Shown here: positions 1-14,200 of the stretch, piece by piece
How the letters are laid out: each line of letters opens with the position of its first letter
Position numbering within the stretch: the stretch's first letter is position 1
IMG/VR virus record: IMGVR_UViG_3300037961_002813
Coordinates: 1 to 64,000 of that record
Reading direction: 5' to 3' (one strand)
Source of the DNA: a virus
Length of the DNA stretch: 64,000 nt
Program-made: the position numbers and the translations under genes
The notes under the pieces: generated by a model
Seen by the model: only the letters and a program-made list of their open reading frames with translations
What the model was told of the DNA's origin: nothing
The model's database searches: none

Positions 1-1
1 T

Positions 2-898
2 TGGGAAGGAATAAAATCAGTTGTAAATAAATATCTAATTGAACCACTAAAAGATTTCTTTGATTGGCTTGGTGGTGTTTGGGATGACATTAAGGCATTC
101 GGTAGTGAGTGTTGGGAAGGTATAGGTAACATTTTCCAAGAATGGATTGTAGACCCGATAGAGGGTTTCTTTGATTGGCTTGGTGGTGTTTGGGATGGTA
201 TCAAAGAGTTTGCAGATTTATGTTGGCAAGCAATAGGTATTATGTTTGATGAATATGTTTTACAACCTATAGATGGTTTTTTCAGTTGGCTTGGTGGTGC
301 TTGGGATACAATGTCCGAAGGGGCAAGTAATGCATATAGTGCCGCAAGTGATGCAATTAATGACTATTTATTAGAGCCAACAAGTAACGCTATAGATGCT
401 ATAAGTTCGGCATTATCTAGTGTGGCTGATGCTGTAGTAGGTGCTTTTACTACTGCATTTAATTTTATTAAAGACGGATTTAATAGTGCGATAAGTTTTG
501 TGATGGATTTGTTACAACCTTTGTTTGACTTTATTGAAGATATTGTAGACATGGTGGGTGATGTAATAGGTGGTGTTGGTGACTTTATAGGCGGAGGTAT
601 TAGTAAAGTAGGTGGGTTTTTGGGCTTCTCCGAAGGTGGTATTGCTACCGGTCCTAAGAGTGGTTACCCTGCTATGCTTCACGGTACAGAAGCCATAGTG
701 CCTCTATCGGGTGGTCGTTCTATACCCGTTGAATTAAAAGGCGGCGGGGGTGGTGGTAACAGTTTCAATATCACTGTAAATGCCGGTGGTATTACTGATA
801 GAAGCGATAAGAGAACTTTGGCTCGTGAAATTGGTAATATGATTCAACAAGAAGTTGCTCGTTCTATTGGTGGCTCTACACACAGGGGGCGATTCTAA
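2..898 (+). CDS. tail tape measure protein, C-terminal part (5' truncated by window)
   Basis: Frame of ORF 242..898 is open back to position 2 (WEGIKSVVNKYLIEPLKDFFDWLGGVWD...). Trp/Phe-periodic amphipathic repeats; C-terminal FSEGGIATGP...HGTEAIVPL motif typical of TMP C-termini; lies upstream of tail genes. Confidence 0.85.
   Translation, partial: WEGIKSVVNKYLIEPLKDFFDWLGGVWDDIKAFGSECWEGIGNIFQEWIVDPIEGFFDWLGGVWDGIKEFADLCWQAIGIMFDEYVLQPIDGFFSWLGGAWDTMSEGASNAYSAASDAINDYLLEPTSNAIDAISSALSSVADAVVGAFTTAFNFIKDGFNSAISFVMDLLQPLFDFIEDIVDMVGDVIGGVGDFIGGGISKVGGFLGFSEGGIATGPKSGYPAMLHGTEAIVPLSGGRSIPVELKGGGGGGNSFNITVNAGGITDRSDKRTLAREIGNMIQQEVARSIGGSTHRGRF
55..310 (+). repeat. 111-bp (37-aa) tandem coding repeat in tape measure protein
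   Basis: TTTCTTTGATTGGCTTGGTGGTGTTTGGGATG at 55-86 and 166-197, degenerate third copy from ~277 (FFDWLGGVWD / FFSWLGGAWD). Confidence 0.85.
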
Positions 899-2283
899 TG
901 TCACAGAACATTCCTGTTAGGTTAGTTAGAGTAGATGGACAAACTATACAATTACCCGTTACTACAGTTACTTTAGATGTAGATAGAAATTTTAATGCTA
1001 CACCTTTAATTTTCACAGGTAGTGATAGATTTGCTACTGACTTTAATTTATCAAGGGCAGTTATAATATTAGAAGGTGTATTTACTGATGATGATTTAAT
1101 GAATGTAGGCAGTGCAATACAGTCTAGTTGTGTAATTGATTTTTCAAGAATAGAAACCGCACCCGGATTGGGTTATTTAGGTACGGGCTATACTGTAAAT
1201 ACAAGATTCGATGATGAACAAATAATAACAGATGGTTTTGATGGTCTCACAATAGGTGATATTGCTAATCTTGATACCCCGATTAAATTAAAAAATACAG
1301 CAGGTACTACTTTTGAATTATACGCATCAAAAAGTGAACTTTCTCATGCTTTAGATAGTGGAAGTAGTAGGTATCATTTTTCAATAGCAACTACCAATGG
1401 TGTACAAACAACCAACACACTTGTTGGTGGTAGTGGTTATAGTATTGCAAATGATGTTGCGGTGAGTGGTGGGGCAGGTAGTGATTGTAAAGTAAACATT
1501 ACAGCAGTAGATGGTAGTGGTGCAATTACAGAATTCAACATCGCTCACCCCGGTAAGAATTTTGTTGTAGGAAATACATTAACAATAGCCGGTGGTAGTG
1601 GTGGAACATTTAATGTAGCATCTGTTGGCACTGCTCTAACGGCTAAACAAATGGCAACAAATCTTGTTAAATTAATTAATGATGGTACATTATCAACTCC
1701 TATTACGGGTTTTAGTGCTACTCTAACAACTTCACCAAATTCCGGTGAGGCTAATACTGCTGTGAAAATTACACAAACTGTAGCAGGTAAAGATGGTAAT
1801 AGCGGTACACCTAAGTTTAATGATTTTAAATTTGGTGCTATAAGTATAAAACCTCGATTTACCACATTTAGTGGAGGCACTGACCAAGGTGGATTGTTCC
1901 ACGGTATGAGTGCGGGTGATAAAGTCATGACATTATATGGTACACTAAATAATTCTAAAAATAATAAAGGGATACAGAAAAAAGATAAATTTGGTGATTA
2001 TATTATTGGTATACAAATACCATTTAACTCAAGCATAAAGGCTACTAATGGAAATAAATATGAACCTGTAAACTTTTTTATGCCTACAGGTAGATTTGAA
2101 ACTTTAGATAGTAAAAGCGTAAACGATGCAGTATCGGCTTCTACTAAACCCGACGAACCCGATAGTAACAATGACAGGTCATTCATTAAAGGTGGTGTAA
2201 CTAAGGCTACTTTTGTACAAATAGGTGGTGAACCTGTTTATTCTTTTAACATTCAATTTATTCCGGCTAGTTTCATAATATGA
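898..2283 (+). CDS. putative tail/baseplate (distal-tail-like) protein
   Basis: 461 aa, TAATG-coupled to TMP; G/T/S-rich beta repeats (GGSGYS...GAITEFNIAHPGKNFVVG) seen in virion proteins; position after TMP. Confidence 0.55.
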   Translation: MSQNIPVRLVRVDGQTIQLPVTTVTLDVDRNFNATPLIFTGSDRFATDFNLSRAVIILEGVFTDDDLMNVGSAIQSSCVIDFSRIETAPGLGYLGTGYTVNTRFDDEQIITDGFDGLTIGDIANLDTPIKLKNTAGTTFELYASKSELSHALDSGSSRYHFSIATTNGVQTTNTLVGGSGYSIANDVAVSGGAGSDCKVNITAVDGSGAITEFNIAHPGKNFVVGNTLTIAGGSGGTFNVASVGTALTAKQMATNLVKLINDGTLSTPITGFSATLTTSPNSGEANTAVKITQTVAGKDGNSGTPKFNDFKFGAISIKPRFTTFSGGTDQGGLFHGMSAGDKVMTLYGTLNNSKNNKGIQKKDKFGDYIIGIQIPFNSSIKATNGNKYEPVNFFMPTGRFETLDSKSVNDAVSASTKPDEPDSNNDRSFIKGGVTKATFVQIGGEPVYSFNIQFIPASFII

Positions 2284-2292
2284 GGGAAAGAC

Positions 2293-5200
2293 ATGGTAGC
2301 AATAGGTAGGTCAAGCCACGCTTTCTTCTTTGATGGAGTGAGTGAATCTATTGTAATACCACAAGGTAGATTTACTAAGTTAGGTGATGAGTCATCTGTT
2401 GGAACTACAAACACTAAAACAAAGAAAACACCATCCGATATTCTATCAAAAACAGGTTACGGTAAAGATGAAACAACAAAAATAAACAGTAGATTTGAAA
2501 ATCAATTTACTGTTGAGGCTTGGGTTATACCCGACTGTGGTGGTATAATTGCAGAAAGAGAAAATCAATTTATGTTAGAACTAGGTACAGTAGATACACC
2601 CGGACCGGCTAAGTTTACTGTTTTCTTAGATACTACTGATGGAACTAAGCCATTCACACTTACTACTGCTAGTGATGCAACTACAAGGTGGAGTGGTGTC
2701 GTATACCCCGAACAAGATTATGGCAGTGTACATGACTCTTACAATCGTTACGATTTAAGTAATTATAATGATGCTACAAATTTAAATTTCAATCACAGAC
2801 CATTGTACCACATAGTAGGTGCTGTATCCGATAGTGCTATTTCTTTATTTATTAATGGACAGGTTGTAATATCTCAATCTTTACCGAATGATGCTTCTAT
2901 AACTGACTCTACTGCTCATGTATATATCGGCGGAAAAGGTGGAGATTTTAGGGGTGCAATAGAATCTATACATTTTGCAACTGAATTTGATGACCAAATT
3001 ATCACACCTAATGTTCCTATGGATGACGGAGAAACGACTACAGCATTATATCGTTTTGAAGAACCGCTAGATATTATAGAAGAAGAATATGAATTTACCG
3101 CTTTTACTGCCGCTTCTAATGGTACAACTACCACTTTAACTATACCCGCTACTAATGCTCAAGCCTTGATTAAAAGATTAACAGGTAAAGAATACGATTC
3201 AACTAGCCCCACAATTGATTTTACTCAATCACCTTACAGCATGGGTAACTATGAAATAAATAATAATTTTACTACCCCCAATACAGTTGCTACATCATAC
3301 TTACCACATGTTCCTTACAACTTAATTATCAACCCCGGTGCTATCAATAGAAATACACAGAAACCTAACCAAAGCCCACCGGAAAGATTGCGTATTTTAA
3401 GCATTAATGGGTCTAGTGGAGTCATTACAGTAAACAGTATACACATTGATTTCAATATTGCTTCAAGTGGCTCAAGAGGTATTTTACATTCAAGAACTGC
3501 TAATGTAGATAACTACTTTGTAATTATCCCTGCTGACTTAGTTATTGATTTGGTTACCGGTAAACCTTACCAACCGCCTCATTTTAACACTCAAATCATA
3601 GATAAAACAGGTCAAATGGTATTAGATGAAACTGCTAACGAACAACACGGTATAGTATATTCATCTCAAATGGCAACAACTACATCCCATCCTAGTAACC
3701 CATTTGCAGTTACATGGCCTAGTACTTTAGATGTTAATTATCAAATTGGTCACAGTGGTAGACATAAGTTTTCACACATCAAAGGTCATGAATATATGCG
3801 AAGATACCCTAGACCCACATCATTACAAATAGACCAAGTAATTACAGGTTCAGCAGATATTGTTCAAATGGATTTTTCAAATACTGCAAAAGGTGTACAT
3901 CGTTTATTTAATCCAAACGAATTAGCAGATTTTTATAGTGAAAATTCTCAAGCACCTATAACTAATGTAGTAAATAGCGCAAAAGCATCACTTGTAGTTA
4001 CAAACGGACTTCCTGCATCGAAAGAAGAAATTATAGCAATAGATGTAAGTGACCACAAACCGTTTATGCTAAAAGGACCAATACCCGAAAATTACACAAG
4101 AGACACTTTAACTACTGATGAAAGAGATTACCACATTCGCCCCGAAAGTGAAAGTAGAATTGCATTGTTACATGTGCCTACATTACGCACTACTCATAAC
4201 TTAGCACCTTATGTAGAAATACATTACAACGCTTTAGACTTGTTAGGAGATTCAATGCAAGCCGCATCAGCGTCACCAACACCTATGTTAATGGTTGAGA
4301 AAACTATCCCAAAAGGTAGCACTGTATTGACCGGTACTACTACAGTATTAGATGTCATAAAAGCAGACTTAGCAGACGCTAATAAAGATAGTACTATATT
4401 TTCTGCGGGTGGGTATATTGATTTAGAAAGTTCTGTTGCAAATCAAACCGAATACTTTGAAAAAACTAATAGTTTAATCGGAGACAATGCCGGTGGTGCA
4501 GAATATGATTTTGAGATTAGTTATGCTACTACTCCTAGAAAAGCAGATAATTCAGTAGGATATACACCACCAAGTGATATTAATGCTCAACCTGCTACTA
4601 CTCCACAAGTAATCGCTAGTTCACATAATAAAAGCACACATCAATCTGTTTATCATAAATTGTGTATAGAACCTATGAGTGTAGACAAAGTAAACAAGTT
4701 AGAAGATTTAGGTAATAATCAGTTTAAGAAAAAGGCTGAAAAAGTAAATTCATCTACAGGAGTATTTGATGTAGGAGGAATACATCAAGGTAGTCCTATA
4801 TTTGAAATGTTTGATATTATTGATAATGAATATATTGGTGATGCACATACATCTGCTCGTATTTATATCCAACCGTCAAATAAGAGTAGAACAAATCAGT
4901 TAGCAAAACTGCGTGATGGTGTAGATAAAGGCGAAACAGCAAACATAATTTCTTTGTTTTACTTAATGAGTAGAACTAGAATAAGGTCAGTTAAACAAAT
5001 AGACTCTAATCAAGATAATAGTGTTATAACTCAAATTACTGCTAGTGGTGTAGCAGAAGAAGCCATAAACGAAAATGTTACTTTTACAGGTAGTGGCTCA
5101 CCGGATTCTCATGTAGTAAAGGAAGTGGATGTAGATGCACCCGTAGTATCTGTGACACTCGGCGGTCCGGGTCAAGGTGCTATTAACACTAAACCAACAT

Positions 5201-8200
5201 ACGACCCTAGCCCATTAATGCGTTTGCCCGGTTCTACAAGAAGAAATTGTGCGGTACAGGCAATATCAGTTTGTACATTAGATGCCGCTAAAACAATATC
5301 GGTTCAACCTCTTAATAATAAATCCGAGGATATACAATCTTGGGGTACATACGCATTCCCGAAAAAAGGTAGAATATTTTTACAAAGTGGGGGTAGTGCT
5401 GAATACGCAAGTAAAGTAGGTGCAGGTTTTGTATTTGATGATACTGATGCTATTGCACAAAGAAAATATCTTTCAGCAGGTGATGAAGTCTTTTCAACAT
5501 TCAACGAATGGTGTATAGGTGTAGGACTAATTAATAATGCAGTTAAAGATACATACAGCATCAATGAAATTTTATTTAATGATGATAATTTTAATCTTGA
5601 AAATATGTGTGAAGATGGAAGCACAATAAATGATAGATTGTTCCAAGCAATAGATGATGTAACTCATGATTATCAGTTGGGTACTCAATACGCAAGTACT
5701 CGTGCGATGGTAGAAATACCTATATTCCCTCAACAGTTCTTTAGTCAAAAAAATGACGGTATATTCCCCGGCCCGGATAACAGTATGAAATTACATTTGG
5801 ATGCTACATATACTGCTCATACATGGAATCCATCACCTGTAGGTAGAAGAGTAGATGATTTACCTCCTAATGATAGAGAGGTGGTTTCTGCTTATGATAA
5901 CAAAAATTCACCAACTAAAACATTCATTACTAAAATAGTAAAAGACGGTGATTTCTTACAGTTACATGTAGATAATGTAAACATATTCCCTACCCCTGTA
6001 TCGGGTAATTTTAATAATTTTAAAAGTATTAACATAGAAAGCAAGGTATTTCTTGAAGATGGCTCTTGGGCTTATATTAGTGCTATAGGAAGCGATTTCA
6101 TAAAAATTCGTGATGCACCTATAACTATTGGTGATGGTGGTTATCATGGATTTTCTAGCGATGACTTTGTAAACAAACTAACTACCGGATGTACCCTTAC
6201 TACAGGTAGAAGTTTATCTGCTTTACAATCTATTAATTCGGATGTTAATACACCAACTTCGGATTATGAAGGTCGCTCTATATTTTATCATGATAATGCA
6301 AATATGCAAACTCAAGGTGGTAATCTTGACTATGGACTACGCCAATATGTAAGTGCGGTAGAGTTCAAAGCCGGTCCACTTTCTAATCCACACGCACCTC
6401 GTACAAAAACTAAAAGAGCATCTGCTACAATTATACAAGCAAAACAAGTATCTAGTCAAGTATATGCTTTAGAATTAGATAATGTAGATTCTTTTATAGA
6501 TACTAATTATACTTTAGATATTAGTGGTAATCCCGATATAGGAATAGGTGATTTATTAGTTGTAGGTAAAATACTTACAACAACTCCGATAGAAGTGTTA
6601 TATTTAGGAACTCAATTTAACAATCAATATTCTTTTAGTAGCACAACTAATAATACAGTATTAGTTCATTTTGGCACAGGTGTCACAGTTCCAAGTCTAA
6701 AAGACATAGAGTTTAGATTAGAAAAAATAGGCAGAAGTCATTTGGCTTTATCGAGTTTTGCTCAAACAACCATTCAAGAATTAACAGTCAGTACTTTTCG
6801 CCCTGTTGTGGATGATGAAGTGTATGAATTTGCTAGTACTTATACAGCAGGTAGCACTGATGAAATAGCCTTTGATAATGGTCCTTATCGTAATCCGGCG
6901 GCAAATAGTTTCGGTGTGAATATAAGACCCGGTGATATGATTTACAGGGAAGATGGTACTAGTGGTGCTATTGCTTATGTAGGAGTAGTAAAATATGTCC
7001 ATTCGGAACATTATAGAGATGTAACTTCGGGTAGTGATTGTTTAATAAAACTAACAACAAACAATGTAAGTGCTATTAATAATAATGATATTTTAAGAAT
7101 AGGTATCAATAGTGTTATTGCTAATGATGCCGATGCAATACTAAACAGAACTTGGTGTAATCCTTACGCCGCAGGTGGACTAAGAAATGGTGATACTGTT
7201 TGGATGAATATGACCATGAATAATGCTCATGCTGTAGAAGGTTTATTTTGTAAAAGTCGTGGAGTATTTAATGAAGGACAAGTCTACAAAGCATTTAATG
7301 GTGGTCAAGGGCAACTAGCAAATCGCCCTCGTGATTCTATTCCTCTTGAAAACTTCTTAATTGGTGATACATGTTTAGAAACTGCAATTAATTTTGTACA
7401 ACATGTAAACAAGACAATTGAGTTAAATTATGAAGCGATGGGATTATCGGCTTCTCAAGCACCTACGGTAGCATATATTGACCCTTACCTGTCATCCGAT
7501 AGTCATGCTCGTGTTTTACTTTATGATGTAGCACATGATAGAGAATTCATTTCATTCCATGACATACACATGCAAGTACAAACAAGTCCATCTGTTCCTG
7601 TTATTGGTCACACAAGAAATTTAGTTACTGAAACAGGTTACTATTCTTTAGATGAAGTATTAGTAAAATGGAATGGCGGTGCGCCTCACTATCTTACAAC
7701 TCAATTAGATGTAGCAAATGGCTTCCCATCGGAAAATAAATATCTAAGAAGCACTCAACAATCTAAATTTATTGAAAGTGCTTACGCACACAATGTTCCT
7801 AATATGTATTATAATGGTGAAAATATTTTTTCATTAGAAAATCCGTTAGATGAAATAGATTCAGCCACTCTTGCTTCTCCAATAAGTAGTATAAACACTT
7901 TAACAAATTTACAGTTTATGGGTAAAGGGCATGGACATTTTGTACATTCAAATGGTTATCATGGCAGTAGTACATATCATCCTTCTGCTAGTAGTTTACC
8001 TCGTACTGAACCCGCTACTCAATCATCATTTTATGCTAGTAAAAAACACAACGAATTAAGAATAACTTTAGGAGATAAAAATATTTCTCCAATTGTAAGA
8101 ACACTAAAACAACATAGGTTAGACCAAAGCGGTAGTACATTTGAAGATAACAGTACATTTTTTGATACTCCCGATGGAACAAGAGTGATTTCAGCCTTTT

Positions 8201-11200
8201 TGTGTTTGAAGGGTATTCGTAATGAAAATTTAAATTTAGTTAATCATGAAGAAAGCAGATTGCAACATTTACCACAATGGACACAAATGGATTATATTCG
8301 TCGTCAAACTATTGACTTTGGTGAAGTAGGTGTAAAAGTAGGCGGTACAGATATAGAAGCGGCGGCAAGAGAAATAGTCCGTATGATAAATCAAGGTGCG
8401 GCTAAAAATGGTAGAACACATGCTAGACGACCATCTAGTAACTACCCCGGTGAAAGTGAAAGAATGGATTTAACTCGTATAGGTGTAAGAGAAGATGTAT
8501 TAAATCCTAACAAAGACCCGGCAAGCGCACATGTAAATGCTGATTTTGCCGCTACCGGTTCTACTCACGACCCTGCGCCGTTTTGGTCAGTAGAACACGC
8601 TATGACTTCCCAAGATAGAGGTAGTCACATGGGTTACTTGAGAGCGCACTTAGGTAGAATCGTAGAAGATAATAATGGTGTAATTGGGTATACTATTGTG
8701 ATACATTCTACTGTTCCGGGTGCTAGTGGTCGTAATTTCTGTGTTTGGTTAGATAATAGTAAAGGTCAATCACCATATCAACCTAAATTTTTGATTGGTC
8801 ACGGTGGCCGCTTCCGAAACTTTTGGTGTCAGCAAGATGAACTGATGGGTGAAAATATGCATCCTGCACCTATGCCACTAAATAAAGACGGTAGACCTTT
8901 TGCACCTATAACATCGTTAAGAGAATTAGTAAAACAAGATAATAGATTTGGTGATATTAGTAATAACAATGATGATGTAGACGGAATAATAGGTAGCGGT
9001 TCTTATTCTAATACTGTATTTACAGAATCTTTTGAAGGGCAAAGTCAAACATCTAGTATAGTAGAAGGATTAAGAGTAGGTACAAGAGCGATTGGAAGGA
9101 TAAACTTTGGTGGTTTAGTAGCAAGTGGTATTCCGGGTTTTGCACCGACAGATGGTGAATTTGGTGTAGGTAATGTACTAGGTGGTTCATCAGCATATCT
9201 TCAATATACCAATGTATCCCAATATAATTCATCTTTAGGTGAGGGTCAGTTATACGGGTTTAGATTAACCGACCACAGGGGTAAATCATACGGTGTTAGA
9301 TATGTCTACAAACAGTTAGGAGAGGAATTTTTTAATGACAATACATTTGTTCCTAATACACTTAGTGAAGAAGTTGGTATTTTTATTAATCATAAAGATA
9401 TTTCCGAAGGTGGATTTACCATTAAAAATAATATTACAGGTTTGGGTGATGTAACAGGTCAGTTATCTAATTCGGGTATCACTACTGTTAAATCGTATAA
9501 TGGTAACAGGTTTAACGGTGTTTATTCTCCCGATTCAGTAATCAATGCTTCTGTTAAATGGGAAAGCACTAATAAAACTTTAACAGTTAAATTTTATGTT
9601 GGTAGTATCTACAATCCAAATAGTGCTAGTGAATTGCAAAATGTAGATGACATATTAGGTTACTTGGGATTCCCAAAAACTAACGGTGTTATACAATTAA
9701 ATGATACACACATCAATACTACATTAGGTGCAGGATTCTTAGGTCATACTCTTTCATACACTTCAAGAACACAATTAGGTGTTGGCACAAGCAGTTCTTC
9801 AACTCATATATTCTATGGAGTTAAAGGCTCTAACATGACAGTCAATCATCAAGTCACAAATGCCGGTGGAGAAGTAGGTACTACTACCCCTACAGGAATT
9901 ACATCAATTGGTACATCAGTTTCTCATCCATCGAGTAGTGGTAGTTGGGCTTACCTTGCTATATCATCCCGTATGAATTGGACTACGCTACTTACTGATG
10001 AGGTACTAGCGGCGGCTACAGAAGCGGCAATTAACGCAACTAATGTAACTACAGAAGAAGGTATATCTTTTGATTGTAGACATTTGCTTGCGGCTGATGG
10101 TCGTACTTTAGGTGATTGGGGTGTTAGTGCTGATGCTATTAGAATAAGAGCGTTTGATGTTACTAATGAAAAATTAATCCCTCCCTCAACTATGTTTGAA
10201 TGTGTTTTAGATAAGGATAGAGGGATAGAAGCGGCTCATCAAGAATATGGACTTTATACCACATTATCACCTACAACCATTACAGCATCTACAGGTACTA
10301 ATAAACCATTAAGTGATATAGACATAGGGAATAATAAATTTTTATCTTGTGGTTACATTCCAAAAACTGTATTACAAATTGTATCAAAGGGTCGAGGTTT
10401 CCACGCAAATACCCCAACTCCAATCTTAGTAGATTCAACTAACAACCCAATTGATATATCTAATTGGAGTAATAATTTGAAGGGAATTTCTTATACTAGA
10501 AATCCCGGTGACCACATACTTCCATGTGTAAATGAGGTAAGTGTAGGTGTCATTAGTGATGTTAAATGTAAAACATCTGTATCAACAGTTTCAGTGGTAT
10601 TCGGTGGTAATAAATATCCAAGGGATATAAATTTACAATCTCGTGGTATAGGTGGGGCTAAAAGACTTCAAACTACAGCATTCGGAACAGGTTTTGTTGC
10701 CGGAACTATATACGAAGCGACAGGTGGTACAGGACATGGGCTTAAACTTCGTTTTCCTTATGTAGATGGTTCGGGTAGACCGGTTACTACAAGTGGTGGC
10801 TCGACATTTTTAGGTTTGAGTAATGGTACTAACAATCAATTCTTTGAACTTTGTATTATTGATACAGGAGAGGGTTATACTGTTGGAGATACTTTATCTG
10901 TTACTCCTGCATCCGGTACACCTCATAATTTTACAGTGTTACAAGTAAGTAATATTAGTGGTTTCCAAGCCAAAGCAACTAATACTACTTTAGGTGGTAC
11001 GATAACCGCTATTAGTGTTTCCAATCGAGGAACAGGTGCAAGTACGACAGGAACTATTACTACTGATTATATTACTTTAAAATCGAGAGAAGAAGATTTC
11101 TTAAGACCTTGTGTACTAAAAGTTACTGCGGTTTTAAATGAAGATTTAGAAGGATTATGTACATTTAGTTATAATCAAAATTTACACGGAACATTAGTTC

Positions 11201-14200
11201 CTACTTCAATAGATACTAATACAGATTTTACTCGTATAGCACCTAAAGGGGAAACAGGAGTATTTTTTATTGGTAGTCAAATGAATGCAAGACTTAGAAA
11301 TGATGGTAATGAATTACAGGCTCTACAAGGTAATACAGCATTTGTTAATAAATTTGCAAATCCGGTATTTGTAGATACTAATGTTATATTTGTAAAATCT
11401 AATCAGTATCAAATTAATGGTAGAAGATTTTATGGTAGCGTAGACTCCGAACCTATAGTCTACTTTAGAGGTGCTAAAGACAGTGTAGACCATAGTGTAC
11501 CACTTTACTTCGGTGGTGGTTTTACCGGTGTAACTATGGACATTAATGATGGTACACAAAACGACTATTCATCATTTTATACTCATCCGTATTCTAATGG
11601 TCCTACCGGTACAGCAGGTATACAAAATGCAAATGAGATAAGCACATCGTTTGCTACAATAGACTGTAACGCTTTATTTGCTTTCTTCCCCGGTGCGGCA
11701 TTAGTAAATCAAAATAGAGGTTCATATACTCCACCTGTCTTTAATAAAGACAACATCTTAAGCCCGGATATTTTTGCAGGTCATCTTAGCGGTAATGATA
11801 GTCCTAATTGGCTTCAAAGTAAATATTCGGCAGGTGTTATTAAACAAAAACCTACACCATTAGTATTACAATTTGCACATCCAACAGCGAGATATGATGA
11901 TTATATTGACGCTAAGGATACTCAAACAACAGAATATACTCACAGAAATGTAAATGTCAAAAATAAAACATCGTATCACATTTATGGTCCGGGTCAAGCA
12001 ATACCGTTTTCGGAAAGTACTCATGATATAAGACCGTCAAGTGCTACCTATCCTACTAACACTATAGAGCCACATCCCGGTACTGTAGTTACAGTAGGTA
12101 ATTCTTGGAGTAAAGTACCTTATGGAATGAATCTACCCAATGAACTAATTAATGATGCTCTTAAGTTCGCACCCCCTACATCAACATATCAAGTTGATAG
12201 ACATAAATATCATTTCGCTGTACCTAGAGGTCAAGCACTTAATTGGTCACCACCGGAGGGAATACCTAATATCGGTAAATTAAAACAAAGACCTTCCCAC
12301 GGTTACCATTACGGGGAACATTTTATCCATCCTGTATCGGGTAAAGTAGATGCTAATAATTCTGCCGACTATCGGAAAGCCCACCCATACAAACATTGTG
12401 CCATGGCGCACTATGGTATCGCTATGTCTGCTGATATGACATGGCACATGGATGGTGGTTATCACCCCGGAGGTCATTGGTTAGATAACCAAGTTGCGGT
12501 GAATTTTAAAAACCATACATCGGGTGCTTTTACACCTAAATTTAATTGGACACCCACACACCCAACTGCGTTTAGAGTATCATCGAGATTAGTTAGCGAT
12601 GGTACAGGGCGAAGAGGTGGTGTGGCTTCGGGATACAATCTAGTAGATGGTAGTACAGTGGAAACGGAAAGTGACATAATAATTGTAGATGCAACACGCT
12701 GTCAAAACGGTGAAGAGTTAGCGACTATCATCGGCCAAGCAATTAATGAAAACCCCGGTAAAGGCGCATTAAAGGCTCTTGGTGGTACATTTATGCCATC
12801 TATGGGTAATGCTAATCGTCAAGATAGATACGGTTGGGTTGAATTAGAATTTGAATCTTATAATATCAATGGTGGGTATACATTACCTAATTCTAGTGGT
12901 GAATATTTTGGTGATGGTACGCATACCTTCCCGAATAACAGTTTTATGTATGTAGTAGCAAGAGGTTTTAGTCAATCACAAACTGCATTAGAACAAATAC
13001 CTATGAGTGGTTGGATAAGAACTGATAAAGGTGGAAGAGAAAAGTTTTTCGATGGTACTACTGATATACCCATGTTTGCACCATATCATACTAGAGAAAT
13101 AGTAAACATATCTAATAACGATTATAAAGTAGTATTTTGGTTAGCACCAAATAGAATTAGTGGCTTACCACTATTTGAAGATGGTTATACATTTTACGAT
13201 AAATGTGAAACTCCTACACAATTATCTTTCCCTTCACCCGGTACATCTGTTAGTGTAATAGAAAGGGGTGAAGCAACAACTGTAATTTTCCCGCAACCAA
13301 CAAAAGTATTTGTGTGGAGTAAAGCCGGTGTACATCGTTTTAACAACGAAAATGAGCCAACTCGTGACCACATGACACAGGTACACTTTAGCGGTCTTGT
13401 AGATGCAATAGACAGAACAAGACCTGTGGGTGCAGTAGGTTGGGCGGGAGAAAGATACTCTTACCTTAATTCATTAAAGGTAGAAACGGATGGTGGAGGA
13501 AATAAACTCTACGCCGCAGGTTTAGGTGCTTGGTATGAAAAATTAGGTTTCTCACCATACGGTTCATCTAATTCTTGTATGGGATTGTTTGGTGTAATAC
13601 CATCACAAGGAATTCAAAATAGCCCCGATGCGAGTCCAATTATTAACGGAAGAAGTAACTATCTTACCGGTGGTATGGGTAACCCGTATACAGTAAGCAA
13701 TATGTTTACTCCTACTTTAGCATTCAATAATTCATACTATAGTAATTACACATTCACTAACACTGTTGGTAGTCCTCATTTCAAGTCGGTGTTGAGTGAT
13801 GAAGGTGACCAAAATGCACAACTTGGTGTATATGGTCGAGCATTCTTGGTAGTAAGCCATGAGAGTGAATTACCTTTAGTGGCAAAGTATGATAGAGATG
13901 GCATAAGAGGTCTAGGAGATTGGTTAAATGTAGTAGCCGCTAAAACCGCACCGGGTATTGATGCAAGTACTGCTATCACATTCGCAGGTACAACACGATG
14001 GGATGAAAGATTCCACGGTAGTAATCGTTTCATAGCACCCGCTACAGCCGGTCCTAAAGTAGAAGCACTAATTACACCCAATTTACAAATACCTACAGAC
14101 GATATACCCGCATTGGGCGTACATGAATCATTCCCGTTACTTTCTAAAACAGAAGCGATAGACTTGAGCGTTACATTAACCCCTAGTAGTTCGGATGTTA

